Assembly: GCA_041577335.1 (NCBI GenBank)
Contig: JBFGJH010000002.1
Span: 80,389 to 127,146, forward strand
Reading direction: 5' to 3'
DNA from: Acidimicrobiia bacterium
Lineage (GTDB): Bacteria > Actinomycetota > Acidimicrobiia > Spongiisociales > JAENVV01
DNA length: 46,758 nt
Made by a program: the position numbers and the translations under genes. Shown here in pieces: positions 1-8,843 of the stretch. Every line of letters begins with the position of its first letter. Position 1 is the stretch's first letter. The notes under the pieces are model-generated. The model did no database searches. It was not told where the DNA came from and saw only the letters and a program-made list of their open reading frames with translations.

Positions 1-1439
1 AGGCGTGACGACAGAAGGTTGACCTCGGCGTTGGCCGTCACCGCGATGAGCGTCTTGGCCCGGAGGGCTCCTGCGTCGGCTAGGACATCCTCGTCGAGAC
101 CGCTGCCCTTGATGACATTTAACCCAAGCCGCTCAGCCTCACGACAGTGGTCGGGGTTGGTGTCGATGAGAGTGAGTGTCGAGTTGTCTCTCAAGAGCAG
201 TCCGAGCCGACGGGCGATCGGCCCGGCGCCCACGATGACGGTCGCATCTCGGTCGGTGGAGACCAGTTCCCCATGCCGACGCAGGATCTCGATCGCCCGG
301 GTCAGGAGGATCGGGACGGTTGCTGTGGTGAAGATCGCCATGAACACAAGGATCGAGAACACGGTGGCGTCGATGAGGCCGGCCACGAGAGCGATCTCGG
401 CGACGATGATCTCCACGGCGCCCCGACCGTTCATGCCGGCGCCGACGGCCACGCCCTCTCTGAACCCATATCCAGTTGGGAGATAGAACAGCGCAGTTCC
501 CACGACCTTTCCAACCGTGGCAAGCAGGACGACGGCGACCAGAAGTCCGGGAGCGTTGGCGAATACGTCGAATGAGACCTTGAAGCCGGCAGTGACGAAA
601 AAGACCGGCGCCAGCAGTCCCACCGACACGGTCTTGGCTCTCGCTTCGGCATCGGCGATCTGGTCGTGGGTGAAAACTCCCTCACGAATGAACAACCCTG
701 CCAGGAAGGCCCCGAGAATGGCGTGGAGGCCGGCGGCGTCGGCTGCGGCCGCGAACGCCAGGCCGGTCAGCACGACGAGGAAGAAAATGGTGCCCGGCTC
801 TGTCTGGCGTGCAGCCAGCCAGCGTCCCGCGATCGGAAACAGGCGGATGCCGACGATCCAAACGGCGAGGAGGAAGACACCGGCGAGCGCTGCCGAGGTC
901 AGAATGCCACCGGCCGACACGGCACCTGTTGCCGCGAAGCCGAGGACGGCAGCGAAAATGACCAGAGCGCCAACGTCTGAGAACAGCGCTCCGGCCATGA
1001 GAACGTGGGCGATGCGCGTGTCCAGGATGCCCAGGTCGACGAGAATGCGCGATTTTGTGGCCAGCGACGTCACACCCATGGCGACAGCCACGAAGGTGGC
1101 GGCGATGGGATCGCCGTCAACCAACATCATGAGGCCGAATCCGAGTCCTGCCGGCACAATGAAGCCGCCCAGAGCAGCGAGCGATCCCGGCTTGGCAGCT
1201 TTCCCCAGGTCGGTCGGATCGAGGTGCAGGCCGATGTAGAGCATCAACAGCACAACGCCGAGTTTCCCGATCACAGCGAGGGCATCGTCGGGCTGGAGGA
1301 GGCCGAGCAGCGGTGGGCCGAGCACGATGCCTGCCATGAGCTCACCGAGAATGGCCGGGTACCCAAGCTTCTTGGCGGCCCACCCGCCGGCCAATGCCGC
1401 GAGCAACACCAACAGAAGGTTCATAACTTCGAGGCTCAT
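1..1439 (-). CDS. Cation:proton antiporter (CPA2/Kef-type) with C-terminal TrkA-N (RCK) domain; 3' end runs off the window
   Basis: Absent from the ORF track because it has no stop in the window. Translated by hand from ATG 1439 with a GAGGAG RBS: MSLEVMNLLLVLLAALAGGWAAKKLGYPAILGELMAGIVLGP..., later GMNGRGAVEIIVA and a Rossmann-like VIVGAGPIARRL...IDTNPDH. Confidence 0.88.
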   Translation of the reverse strand, partial: MSLEVMNLLLVLLAALAGGWAAKKLGYPAILGELMAGIVLGPPLLGLLQPDDALAVIGKLGVVLLMLYIGLHLDPTDLGKAAKPGSLAALGGFIVPAGLGFGLMMLVDGDPIAATFVAVAMGVTSLATKSRILVDLGILDTRIAHVLMAGALFSDVGALVIFAAVLGFAATGAVSAGGILTSAALAGVFLLAVWIVGIRLFPIAGRWLAARQTEPGTIFFLVVLTGLAFAAAADAAGLHAILGAFLAGLFIREGVFTHDQIADAEARAKTVSVGLLAPVFFVTAGFKVSFDVFANAPGLLVAVVLLATVGKVVGTALFYLPTGYGFREGVAVGAGMNGRGAVEIIVAEIALVAGLIDATVFSILVFMAIFTTATVPILLTRAIEILRRHGELVSTDRDATVIVGAGPIARRLGLLLRDNSTLTLIDTNPDHCREAERLGLNVIKGSGLDEDVLADAGALRAKTLIAVTANAEVNLLSSR

Positions 1440-1480
1440 GACCGCTCCTCATGCTCAGGCATACGATTCTGGATACACGA

Positions 1481-1510
1481 AACCTAATACGTACGATTAT
1501 CGTATGTCAA
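1481..1510 (-). promoter_or_regulatory. SigA-type promoter TTGACA-N18-TAGGTT with a palindromic operator in the spacer
   Basis: On the minus strand, TTGACA is at 1510-1505 and TAGGTT at 1486-1481. The palindrome TACGAT-T-ATCGTA lies at 1492-1504 in an AT-rich patch. Confidence 0.65.
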
Positions 1511-1689
1511 GCAAATCGTGTAATGAAAAGCGTATAATGTCAGAGATCGGGCAAACGTGGCGTCGACAGCGGGTGAACGTGGACGGCGATCTACGCCGGC
1601 TGCCCCTTTGACCGGAAGGTCATCGCGCTGAGAGATCGGTGAGGAAACTCACCAAGCCGAGGGGCCAGCACCATACGAGGGAGTTTGCT

Positions 1690-2421
1690 CTACGACCTGA
1701 CGGTCGTGGGATCCTGCTGATAGAAGCCTTTCAGTGCCTCGTGCAAGTCGGGGTAGTGCGTGGCGAGCTCGCTCGATCTCAGAAAGAATCCCTCGGTGGC
1801 GACTGCGAACAGTTCTGTGCGATTGGTGGCTGCGTAGCGCCGCAATGGTGGGCTGATGGCGCCCGACTGGAGCCGGACGAGCACGTGCTCTGCAGTCGCT
1901 TCAAAGTCACGAGACCTTCGTCGGTTGTCGATCGGCGGAATCCCATCGGAGTAGCCATCGGCCATGTCGATCTTGTGAGCGAACTCGTGGAGCAGTACCG
2001 AGGTGCCGGCCACTACAGAGGATTCTGCGGAAACCTGACTCCACGAAAGCCGCACTGGCCCATGGAGAAGCGCCTGTCCGAGCACACAAGCCTCACCTTC
2101 CGACACGATCGACCCACCGATGCGGTGTTGCGTGGTGCGCATCGATGAGTGGGGAGCAAGCAGGATGCTCGTCACGTCCGACAACATTCCCAGCCCGATA
2201 TTGAGCGTGAGCAGACTGGCGTGAGCTGCCACGTGGCCACGCTTGGCGGGGGTTACCTCCAAGCCGTCAAGGCCTTCCCAATAGCGGGATCGATCGAAGT
2301 CCTCGGCCTGTCCAATCAGCCGATCACGGCTCGCTCCATCGAGATGGCGAAATCGGTTGGCGGCGGCGATTGCTGCGTCCTGCCAGGTCGGGTCGGACGC
2401 CGCACGATGTCGGCGGTTCAC
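1690..2421 (-). CDS. Zinc-dependent peptidase, M90/MtfA family
   Basis: Motifs HEFAHKIDMADG...GIPP and YAATNRTELFAVATEGFF. The start was moved to GTG 2421, which lies 6 nt after a -10-like CACAAT. Confidence 0.85.
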   Translation of the reverse strand: MNRRHRAASDPTWQDAAIAAANRFRHLDGASRDRLIGQAEDFDRSRYWEGLDGLEVTPAKRGHVAAHASLLTLNIGLGMLSDVTSILLAPHSSMRTTQHRIGGSIVSEGEACVLGQALLHGPVRLSWSQVSAESSVVAGTSVLLHEFAHKIDMADGYSDGIPPIDNRRRSRDFEATAEHVLVRLQSGAISPPLRRYAATNRTELFAVATEGFFLRSSELATHYPDLHEALKGFYQQDPTTVRS

Positions 2422-2582
2422 ACGGCCATTGTGACGAATCGCCGTAACTGTGCAACGATCGTCAGGCATCGCGGCGCAAGACGAGACGCATCGGTCCTCC
2501 GTGCCACCCAGCGAATCTCGCACGATCCCGCAGCGTCTCTTATCCTCCTCCATCGACCGGAGACGACGCGAAGGAACGTTCG

Positions 2583-4475
2583 ATGACGCAACAGCAACGA
2601 CGATCTGGCATCAGCCTTCGTAACCGTTTGCGGTATCGGTTCGACACTTTGCTCGCCCGTGGGACGTGGGCCGTCCTCTTGTGGCTTGGCATCTTGACCT
2701 TGGGCGCAGTCCTGTTCAGTTCGCTGCTCTTGTCGATCTTCGGAGTCACATTCTCAGGCAGCGTGGACAACTCCTGGCTGGAGGACTTCTGGCAGAGCCT
2801 CCTGAGGGTCATCGACGGGGGCACGATGGTGGGCGACGTTGGTTGGGGGCGGCGGATGTTGGCCCTTCTGATCACCATCGTGGGTTTGCTTGTCGCCGGC
2901 ACCCTGATCGGTGTCATCGCCAATGGTATCGAGCAACGCGTTGACCAGATGCGGCGCGGCCGAAGCAGGGTGGTGGAGTCGGGGCACGTCGTGATCTTGG
3001 GAGCATCGGCCCGCCTCCCGGTCGTCGTTCAGCAACTTGCCCTGGCCAATCGAGTACGACACCGAGAGGCGATCGTGCTCCTCGCTGAGGACGACCCCGC
3101 TGAGCTGGAGGAGTATGTGCGGTCGGTCGCCGACGACCTCTATGGAAGTCGCCTCGTCATCCGCTCGGGAGACCCCGCTCGGACCGCTGATCTTGCTCTC
3201 GCAGGTGTCGACGAGGCCCGGGCGATCATCGTGCTCGCCGATGAAGACACTCGCGGCGACGCCGGGGTGGTGAAGGCGGTGCTGGCTGCGGGCGCCGAGC
3301 TCGGCGGCTTCGACGGCACCCCGATCGTGGCCGAGGTGAGCAGCCTCGAGACCGCGGCGAGTCTCGTCAGCGCGTGTGGCAGCTCGGTCCATCCCGTCAT
3401 TGCCATGCAAGCAGTTGGCCGTGTCACGGGCTATGCGCTCCGCGAGCCGGGGCTCAGCCCCGTGGTTGGGGAACTCCTTGATCTTCGGGGCAGTGACATC
3501 CACGTGTTGGAACCCGGTGAGCTCGCCGGACTGTCGTTCGGCGAAGCAGTGTTCAAGCTCACCAACGCCAGGCCCATCGGACTGTTCAGGGCCGACGGTG
3601 AAGTCGAGATCAACCCTGATGCAGCGACCATTCTGGGAAGCACCGACCGAGTCATTGTCATCGCCGACGATCGTCGCGCCCCTGAGCTGGCAGCCGAGGC
3701 TCGGGCCGGTGCCACTCCGCCGACGAGCAACAGATTCTCATGGGACGCGGCGCCCCGGCAGGAACATGTCCTGATGATCGGGTGGAACAGCCTCGCCGTC
3801 CAGCTGCTGTCCTATCTCGACGAGTTCGCGGCCCCGGGTTCGTCGGCCCAGATCGTCTTTGATTCCCGCCTCTTTGAACCTCATGAGCTCGATGTCGCAA
3901 CGCCCGGAGGCCTGGAGGTCGCCTTCACTCCCAACGACGGCGCCACATGGCAACTCGACGCGACCACGTCGACATCGCATATCACGTCGATCGTGCTGCT
4001 CGGCTACCGGCGCGCCATGACGCCAGACGAAGCGGATAGTCGGACGCTCCTCAACCTCATGCTTCTCCGCAAGGAGCTGGAGGCGCGAGGGGGCCAGTCG
4101 CCGCGAGTGGTTGTCGAGCTTCTCGACGCGGAGAACGTCGAACTTGCCCGCATCACCGGCGCTGACGACTACGTCTTCAGTGATGCGATCGCCAGTCGCC
4201 TCATGGTTCAGTTCGCCGAGCAACCGGAACGGCGCTCCGTCTTGTTGAGCCTGTATGCGGCCGAGGGCGCCTCTATCCACCTCGTCAGCGCCGAGGATCT
4301 CGACGTGGTGGGAGGTCTTGGGTTTGAGGAGATCGTGTCGACGGCGTACGCATCCGGTCTGCTTGCCGTCGGCTGGCGGCGCTCCGCGGCGAGCGACGGC
4401 GGGGTTGTGCTGAATCCGCGACTCTCCGACCACGTGCACCTCGACGCTGGCGACGAGGTCGTGGTGATCGGCTGA
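2583..4475 (+). CDS. CASTOR/POLLUX (DMI1)-related cation channel with tandem RCK-like domains
   Basis: N-terminal RLRYRFDTLLARG, TM-pore-TM (WQSLLRVIDGGTM), RRGRSRVVESGHVVILG, and a second RCK-like domain (HVLMIGWN...ADSRTLLNL). Confidence 0.85.
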   Translation: MTQQQRRSGISLRNRLRYRFDTLLARGTWAVLLWLGILTLGAVLFSSLLLSIFGVTFSGSVDNSWLEDFWQSLLRVIDGGTMVGDVGWGRRMLALLITIVGLLVAGTLIGVIANGIEQRVDQMRRGRSRVVESGHVVILGASARLPVVVQQLALANRVRHREAIVLLAEDDPAELEEYVRSVADDLYGSRLVIRSGDPARTADLALAGVDEARAIIVLADEDTRGDAGVVKAVLAAGAELGGFDGTPIVAEVSSLETAASLVSACGSSVHPVIAMQAVGRVTGYALREPGLSPVVGELLDLRGSDIHVLEPGELAGLSFGEAVFKLTNARPIGLFRADGEVEINPDAATILGSTDRVIVIADDRRAPELAAEARAGATPPTSNRFSWDAAPRQEHVLMIGWNSLAVQLLSYLDEFAAPGSSAQIVFDSRLFEPHELDVATPGGLEVAFTPNDGATWQLDATTSTSHITSIVLLGYRRAMTPDEADSRTLLNLMLLRKELEARGGQSPRVVVELLDAENVELARITGADDYVFSDAIASRLMVQFAEQPERRSVLLSLYAAEGASIHLVSAEDLDVVGGLGFEEIVSTAYASGLLAVGWRRSAASDGGVVLNPRLSDHVHLDAGDEVVVIG

Positions 4476-4482
4476 AACCTGG

Positions 4483-5793
4483 TTAGGCCCCCTGCTCGGT
4501 CGTCGGTCGGTCGCTTGTGTGGCGGGGACCCAGCCTGCCTGACAGCTGAAAGTCCGGCACAGCAACTGCCTCGGGCATGACGGCATGGTGCTCTTGTCGA
4601 GATGCGTACCAGTCTGCGTACCGGTTGGAGCCCCACAGAGCTGTGAAGCCGTGGGCATAGACGCTCAATCCCACGGTGGCGGCCATGATCGCGGTGATGA
4701 TGCCAGCCCCTGCGAGTTCCGTCTCGTCGAGCACCGTGATCACGAGAATGATCGACGCCAGCCCACGTGGCCCGAACCAGCCGAGATAGAGAAGCGATGG
4801 CGGTTTCAGCCCGGTCCGGAGCATCGCCACCACCACCGGGATGATGCGTACGACCGTGAGGCTCAGTAGCGCGTAGGCGGCGACCTTCCACGTCATCGAG
4901 GCGACGACGGGCGCCAGGATGACGCTGCCGAATACGAAGAAGCTGAGGATCGTGAGGAAATGCCCGGCGTCCTCGGTTACGTCTTGGATCCCGTCGAAAC
5001 TGCGCTTCAGCAGGATGCCGACAACGAGACCTCCTACCCAGGCCGAAATGAACCCGCTCCCGCCGAGTGCGTCTCCCAGTGCCCAGGCGCCCAGCGCCAG
5101 GATGAGCAGAGAGAGCTGACGCCACCCGGACGTGACCCATTGGCGTTCGCTGGCGTAGCGAATGGTCCTCGCACCGAGCCAGCCGAGGACCACTCCGACA
5201 GCCGTCGCCACGATGACCTGTCTGATGATCTCGTTCGCCACGACTCCGATGGAAACACTTGATTCGACACTCTGGGCAGCCTCGAGGAACACGAAGAAGA
5301 TGGGAAGGGCGATGCCGTCGTTGAGTCCGCTTTCGATGTTGAGACCCTGTCGGATCCGTTCCGGGACCCGGGGGTTCGACACCACCGCTTGGCCGAGCGC
5401 GGCATCGGTTGGGGCGAGGATGATGGCAATCAGGCCGGCTTCCCAAACGTTGAGGTCTCCGAACATGACGAAGGCCAGCGTCCACCCGGCGAGAAGTGTC
5501 AACGGCAGGCCGATCCCGAGAAGTCTCACCGGAATCCCGGCTTCCTCTCGCCAGCGACTCGTGTTGATTCCCATCGCATCCGTGAAGAGAACGAGAACGA
5601 GGGTTGTCTCGAGCAAGATCTTGATGAGCTCGGCATCCGTGGCGACCGGGATGATGTCCAGGCCTTCGGGACCGGTCACCCAACCGGCTGTGACGAAGAG
5701 GAGCGGGCCGGTGACGAAAGTAGCGCTCAGTCGTTTCGACGCAACCGCGTACGCAAACATCAAGGCGGCCAGTATCACGAGTCCGAATTCCAA
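4483..5793 (-). CDS. Cation:proton antiporter (CPA1/NhaP family)
   Basis: Multi-TM protein with LAPTDAALG, NIESGLNDG and GWFGPRGLAS. TTG start with a GAGGAG RBS. Confidence 0.92.
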   Translation of the reverse strand: MEFGLVILAALMFAYAVASKRLSATFVTGPLLFVTAGWVTGPEGLDIIPVATDAELIKILLETTLVLVLFTDAMGINTSRWREEAGIPVRLLGIGLPLTLLAGWTLAFVMFGDLNVWEAGLIAIILAPTDAALGQAVVSNPRVPERIRQGLNIESGLNDGIALPIFFVFLEAAQSVESSVSIGVVANEIIRQVIVATAVGVVLGWLGARTIRYASERQWVTSGWRQLSLLILALGAWALGDALGGSGFISAWVGGLVVGILLKRSFDGIQDVTEDAGHFLTILSFFVFGSVILAPVVASMTWKVAAYALLSLTVVRIIPVVVAMLRTGLKPPSLLYLGWFGPRGLASIILVITVLDETELAGAGIITAIMAATVGLSVYAHGFTALWGSNRYADWYASRQEHHAVMPEAVAVPDFQLSGRLGPRHTSDRPTTEQGA

Positions 5794-5914
5794 GGGGCTC
5801 CTCTAGCTTGGTGGGATTATGCCATCAGATACGCAGCCGCCCTGGACACCACCCGGGGTGATGTTGCCCGGAGCTGCACTCGAACCTTCCGAGCCGTACA
5901 CACAATCCGGTATC

Positions 5915-5946
5915 GAAAGAAAGCCCAGGCGCTGGAGCCTGGGCTT
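5915..5946 (-). terminator. Intrinsic terminator downstream of the repeat-protein gene
   Basis: Perfect 10-bp stem AAGCCCAGGC/GCCTGGGCTT with a 6-nt loop, followed by TCTTTC on the minus strand. Confidence 0.75.
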
Positions 5947-5967
5947 CCTAGCGATTGGAACGTTCAA

Positions 5968-6555
5968 TCACGGAGTAGGCGGCATGCTTCGCAGCAGTTC
6001 GAGCGTTTGCAGCGACCAGCTTTCCTGCGTGAAGTCGTAGCCCGTGGTAGCCCGCAGCAACATTTCCTGCTGCATCACGACCTGTGGGTCAACGCCCACT
6101 GCCGTCAGGTCGTACCCGGTGGTCGCTCGGAGCAACAGCTCACGCGGCGTGAATGATGACAACGGAGCCTCAATGGCCGGCACCGTCCCGTACCCGGAAG
6201 TCGCCCTCCGCACCAGCTCCTGCTGCGTAGACGTCAGCGGGTTCACAACCGCCGTTGCGGCCCCGTATCCGGTCGTCGCCTGGCGGATGATGTCCATCTG
6301 CTCGCTCGAGATTCCGGCCGTGGCGTCAACGACCACGACGTCCTCGGTGACCGTGTTCCACACGAGGAACCCAGCGCCCACCACCATTGCCAACACTGCC
6401 AGCCATCCAAGCCAACGCATGAACCTAGCCGGCTCGGGAGGCATCACGATTCGAGGCGGAATCAGCTCGGGCTCTCGGACGAGCAACTCTTCTTTCGCGT
6501 CGACGTCTGAAAGAACGTCAACATCCGTTTCTGGTTTATCGAGAACTTCGGGCAT
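5968..6555 (-). CDS. Hypothetical single-pass membrane protein with four ~25-aa repeats ending in AT(T/S)GY(G/D)
   Basis: Strong RBS (GAAAGGAG), one TM helix, its own terminator, and repeats IIRQATTGYG, LVRRATSGYG, LLLRATTGYD and MLLRATTGYD. Confidence 0.8.
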   Translation of the reverse strand: MPEVLDKPETDVDVLSDVDAKEELLVREPELIPPRIVMPPEPARFMRWLGWLAVLAMVVGAGFLVWNTVTEDVVVVDATAGISSEQMDIIRQATTGYGAATAVVNPLTSTQQELVRRATSGYGTVPAIEAPLSSFTPRELLLRATTGYDLTAVGVDPQVVMQQEMLLRATTGYDFTQESWSLQTLELLRSMPPTP

Positions 6556-6603
6556 TGAACTCCTTTCGTTGTCCTGTCAGCTTCGTGGTCGTTGGTGGAC
6601 GTT

Positions 6604-6632
6604 CGATTGCCGGGTGGTTGCAGCGGAGTTGC
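6604..6632 (-). promoter_or_regulatory. Putative SARP-binding site: three heptamers at 11-bp period
   Basis: Plus-strand CGATTGC (6604), TGGTTGC (6615) and GAGTTGC (6626), about 50 bp upstream of the ATG at 6555. Confidence 0.65.
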
Positions 6633-6638
6633 AGGCCG

Positions 6639-6845
6639 CTACGACGGGTGCGGCGACCCGTGAAACATTCCCCTGTGCGCCCGATGGCGATGCGGGCCGT
6701 GCCGAAGAGCCCGCAGGAGCCAGCCGTTGCCACGATGATTGCGTTTGGTAGCGAAGCGGTCCCCGAACAACACTCGCTCCTGCTCGGCTGCCCGCGCGGC
6801 CCGGACCTGCCGAGCCTTCATCTCCTTCATGTGTACGTAGTCCAT
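6639..6845 (-). CDS. Small basic, His/Arg-rich hypothetical protein (68 aa)
   Basis: ATG 6845 is preceded by the purine-rich GAAAAGGGAAG. The protein begins MDYVHMKEMKARQVRAARAAEQER. Confidence 0.6.
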   Translation of the reverse strand: MDYVHMKEMKARQVRAARAAEQERVLFGDRFATKRNHRGNGWLLRALRHGPHRHRAHRGMFHGSPHPS

Positions 6846-6953
6846 GAGCTTCCCTTTTCCGCACATTCCTGTCGACCGGCTCGGGCCGACGGATCCCAGA
6901 GCTTCCGCCCGCCTCGTCGGTCAAAGGCACCATTTCACACCTACCCGGCTCTC

Positions 6954-6982
6954 CGATTACCGGTTGGTTGTGCCCGGATTGC
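6954..6982 (-). promoter_or_regulatory. Putative SARP-binding site: three heptamers at 11-bp period
   Basis: Plus-strand CGATTAC (6954), TGGTTGT (6965) and GGATTGC (6976). Same motif and orientation as 6604-6632. Confidence 0.65.
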
Positions 6983-7091
6983 GGTTCTCGGAAAACGACG
7001 AAATCCTCTATCACAAAGTAGGGGCGTTTGCGACGATGAAGCCCGAAGCCCGAGCTTGGACTCGGGATCGCCCATTGATTTGGGAGGTACG

Positions 7092-7895
7092 TTGACCGAA
7101 TCCCATCGTCACGAGTTGGTGATGGTCCGGGTGCTGGGGCCGGTCGAAGTCGTCACTTCCGGCGGCGTGCTCGAGATCGGATCTCGGCTCCAGCGAGCTG
7201 TGTTGGCAGCGCTGGCGATCTCAGCCAACCACACAGTGTCTTCTGACCAACTCGCTCAGATTCTGTGGCAGGATCGCCCGCCGGTTTCACGTGACAACAC
7301 CCTCCAGACCTATATTGCCCGGTTACGGAATGTCGTCGGTCATGACCGCATCTCCACGGCCGAGGAGCACGGATACCAACTCCACGTTGCCGGCGACGAG
7401 CTGGACGCCATGGTTTTCGAACGGTTGGCCAGCCAAGCCGCGACAATTCGGTCCGAACCCGACCGGTGTCTCGGCCTGTGCAAACAGGCGCTCGCCCTCT
7501 GGCGGGGCGTCCCGTTTGGGGAGCTTGTCGACGATGACCCATTCCGGTTGGAAGCAATCCGACTCGATGAGGTGCGTTTGTTTGTGATCGAGCTCCGGTT
7601 GGAATGTGAGCTGGCGCTCGGTCGTGGTGAGTTCGTCGTAGGGGCGTTGGAAGCACTGGTCGAGGAGTATCCGTATCGCGAGAGAATGTGGCACCTGCTC
7701 ATCGCGGCGCTTTCGCTCTGCGGTCGCCGAGTGGAGGCGCTGCGGGCTTGCGATCAGCTTCGAAAGGTGCTCGGAGATGTGGGCCTAGAGCCCACCATCG
7801 AGATCAGACATCTCGAGGATGACATCATCGATGAGGACCCGGCCGTGCGCCCCCGCCTTCGTTTCCTGCTCGCCCAGAACGGCTCGGGTCGCTAG
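7092..7895 (+). CDS. AfsR/SARP-family transcriptional activator (OmpR-type wHTH + BTAD), small form
   Basis: Motifs VRVLGPVEV, LQTYIARLR, ALALWRG and YPYRERMWHLLIAAL...LGDVGLEP. TTG 7092 follows GGGAGG. Confidence 0.9.
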   Translation: MTESHRHELVMVRVLGPVEVVTSGGVLEIGSRLQRAVLAALAISANHTVSSDQLAQILWQDRPPVSRDNTLQTYIARLRNVVGHDRISTAEEHGYQLHVAGDELDAMVFERLASQAATIRSEPDRCLGLCKQALALWRGVPFGELVDDDPFRLEAIRLDEVRLFVIELRLECELALGRGEFVVGALEALVEEYPYRERMWHLLIAALSLCGRRVEALRACDQLRKVLGDVGLEPTIEIRHLEDDIIDEDPAVRPRLRFLLAQNGSGR

Positions 7896-8004
7896 CTCGT
7901 TGGCAGTCACCCATCACCGCTATGTCACACATGGTCGCCATGAGGTCGTATACACCGGGAGGCGAACCGCAATGTTGGAGCCACGTGCTCGGTAGAGTTG
8001 GTGT

Positions 8005-8436
8005 GTGCGCCGCACCAAACGAAACATCGCCAAGTTCATCGACGGGCTACCACAAGCTGTGCGTGTCGATGTGCAGGCCCTCGACGAGGTTATTGCACCG
8101 ATCATGGACGGCCTGCCGAAGGCGCTGTTCGTTGGCAAGTTCTGGGGCGGCACCGATCAGGAAATCATTGGATACGGGGTGCACACCTCGGTCCGGCCCA
8201 ACGGGACCGAAGTCGAGTGGTTCCACGTGGGCCTGGCCGTGCAGAAGAACTACCTCAGCATGTATGTAAACGCCGTCGAGGATCGGCAGTACCTTTCGGA
8301 GAAGTACGGCGCGTCGCTCGGCAAGGTCAAGGTAGGCAAGGCGAGTCTCAGCTTCAAGTCCGTCGCCGACATCGATCTCGACAAGCTGAGGGACCTCATC
8401 ACCAAAGCCCGCGCAATCGCCGACCAGGCAGGCTAA
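8005..8436 (+). CDS. DUF1801 (YdhG-like) family protein
   Basis: IIGYG...EWFHVGLAVQKNYLSMY...LGKVKVGKASLSF. Leaderless-type TAGAGT-N6-GTG start. Confidence 0.8.
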   Translation: MRRTKRNIAKFIDGLPQAVRVDVQALDEVIAPIMDGLPKALFVGKFWGGTDQEIIGYGVHTSVRPNGTEVEWFHVGLAVQKNYLSMYVNAVEDRQYLSEKYGASLGKVKVGKASLSFKSVADIDLDKLRDLITKARAIADQAG

Positions 8437-8798
8437 TCAAAGCGGATCTCGATCATCGGGGCCGCCTCGACCAGCCGGTCGAGACCGGCCTGGCTCCCAT
8501 ACCATCGCACTTCGGCCGAGCTCGACTCAAAGAAGCGGCGGCGCAAAGCGCGGTCGCCAACAACAGTGGCACGGCCGGGGTAGGAGGCGCCGTTCACATG
8601 AACGGTCACCGCCGGGTCGGCCTGTACGTTGGCGAACCAATCTCGGCGCCCTGGCGTGCCGGTGATGATGAATCGCTCTTCGAAGTAGAACCACCAGATT
8701 TCGATGCGGGCGGATCGCCCGGATCGACGTCCGGTTGTTGTGAGATCGATGGTCCGTGAACTGGCGAGCGATTCATGCTCGGCGGAAGAGGTGGCCAT
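8433..8798 (-). CDS. Deazaflavin (F420)-dependent nitroreductase-like split-barrel protein
   Basis: LTTTGRRSG...IEIW...RDWFANVQADPAVTV. Confidence 0.75.
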   Translation of the reverse strand: MATSSAEHESLASSRTIDLTTTGRRSGRSARIEIWWFYFEERFIITGTPGRRDWFANVQADPAVTVHVNGASYPGRATVVGDRALRRRFFESSSAEVRWYGSQAGLDRLVEAAPMIEIRFD

Positions 8799-8843
8799 GC
8801 CGGACAGGCTATCCGCTCGGTGTTCTGGGAGCGCACACCGCGC

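Noticed and set aside
5795..5915. Fluoride or nhaA-type cation riboswitch upstream of the NhaP antiporter
   Set aside because: I found no match to the consensus elements I could check by eye.
6555..7091. N-terminal extension of the SARP ORF
   Set aside because: It overlaps an opposite-strand gene and the regulatory repeats, and an RBS-supported start exists at 7092.
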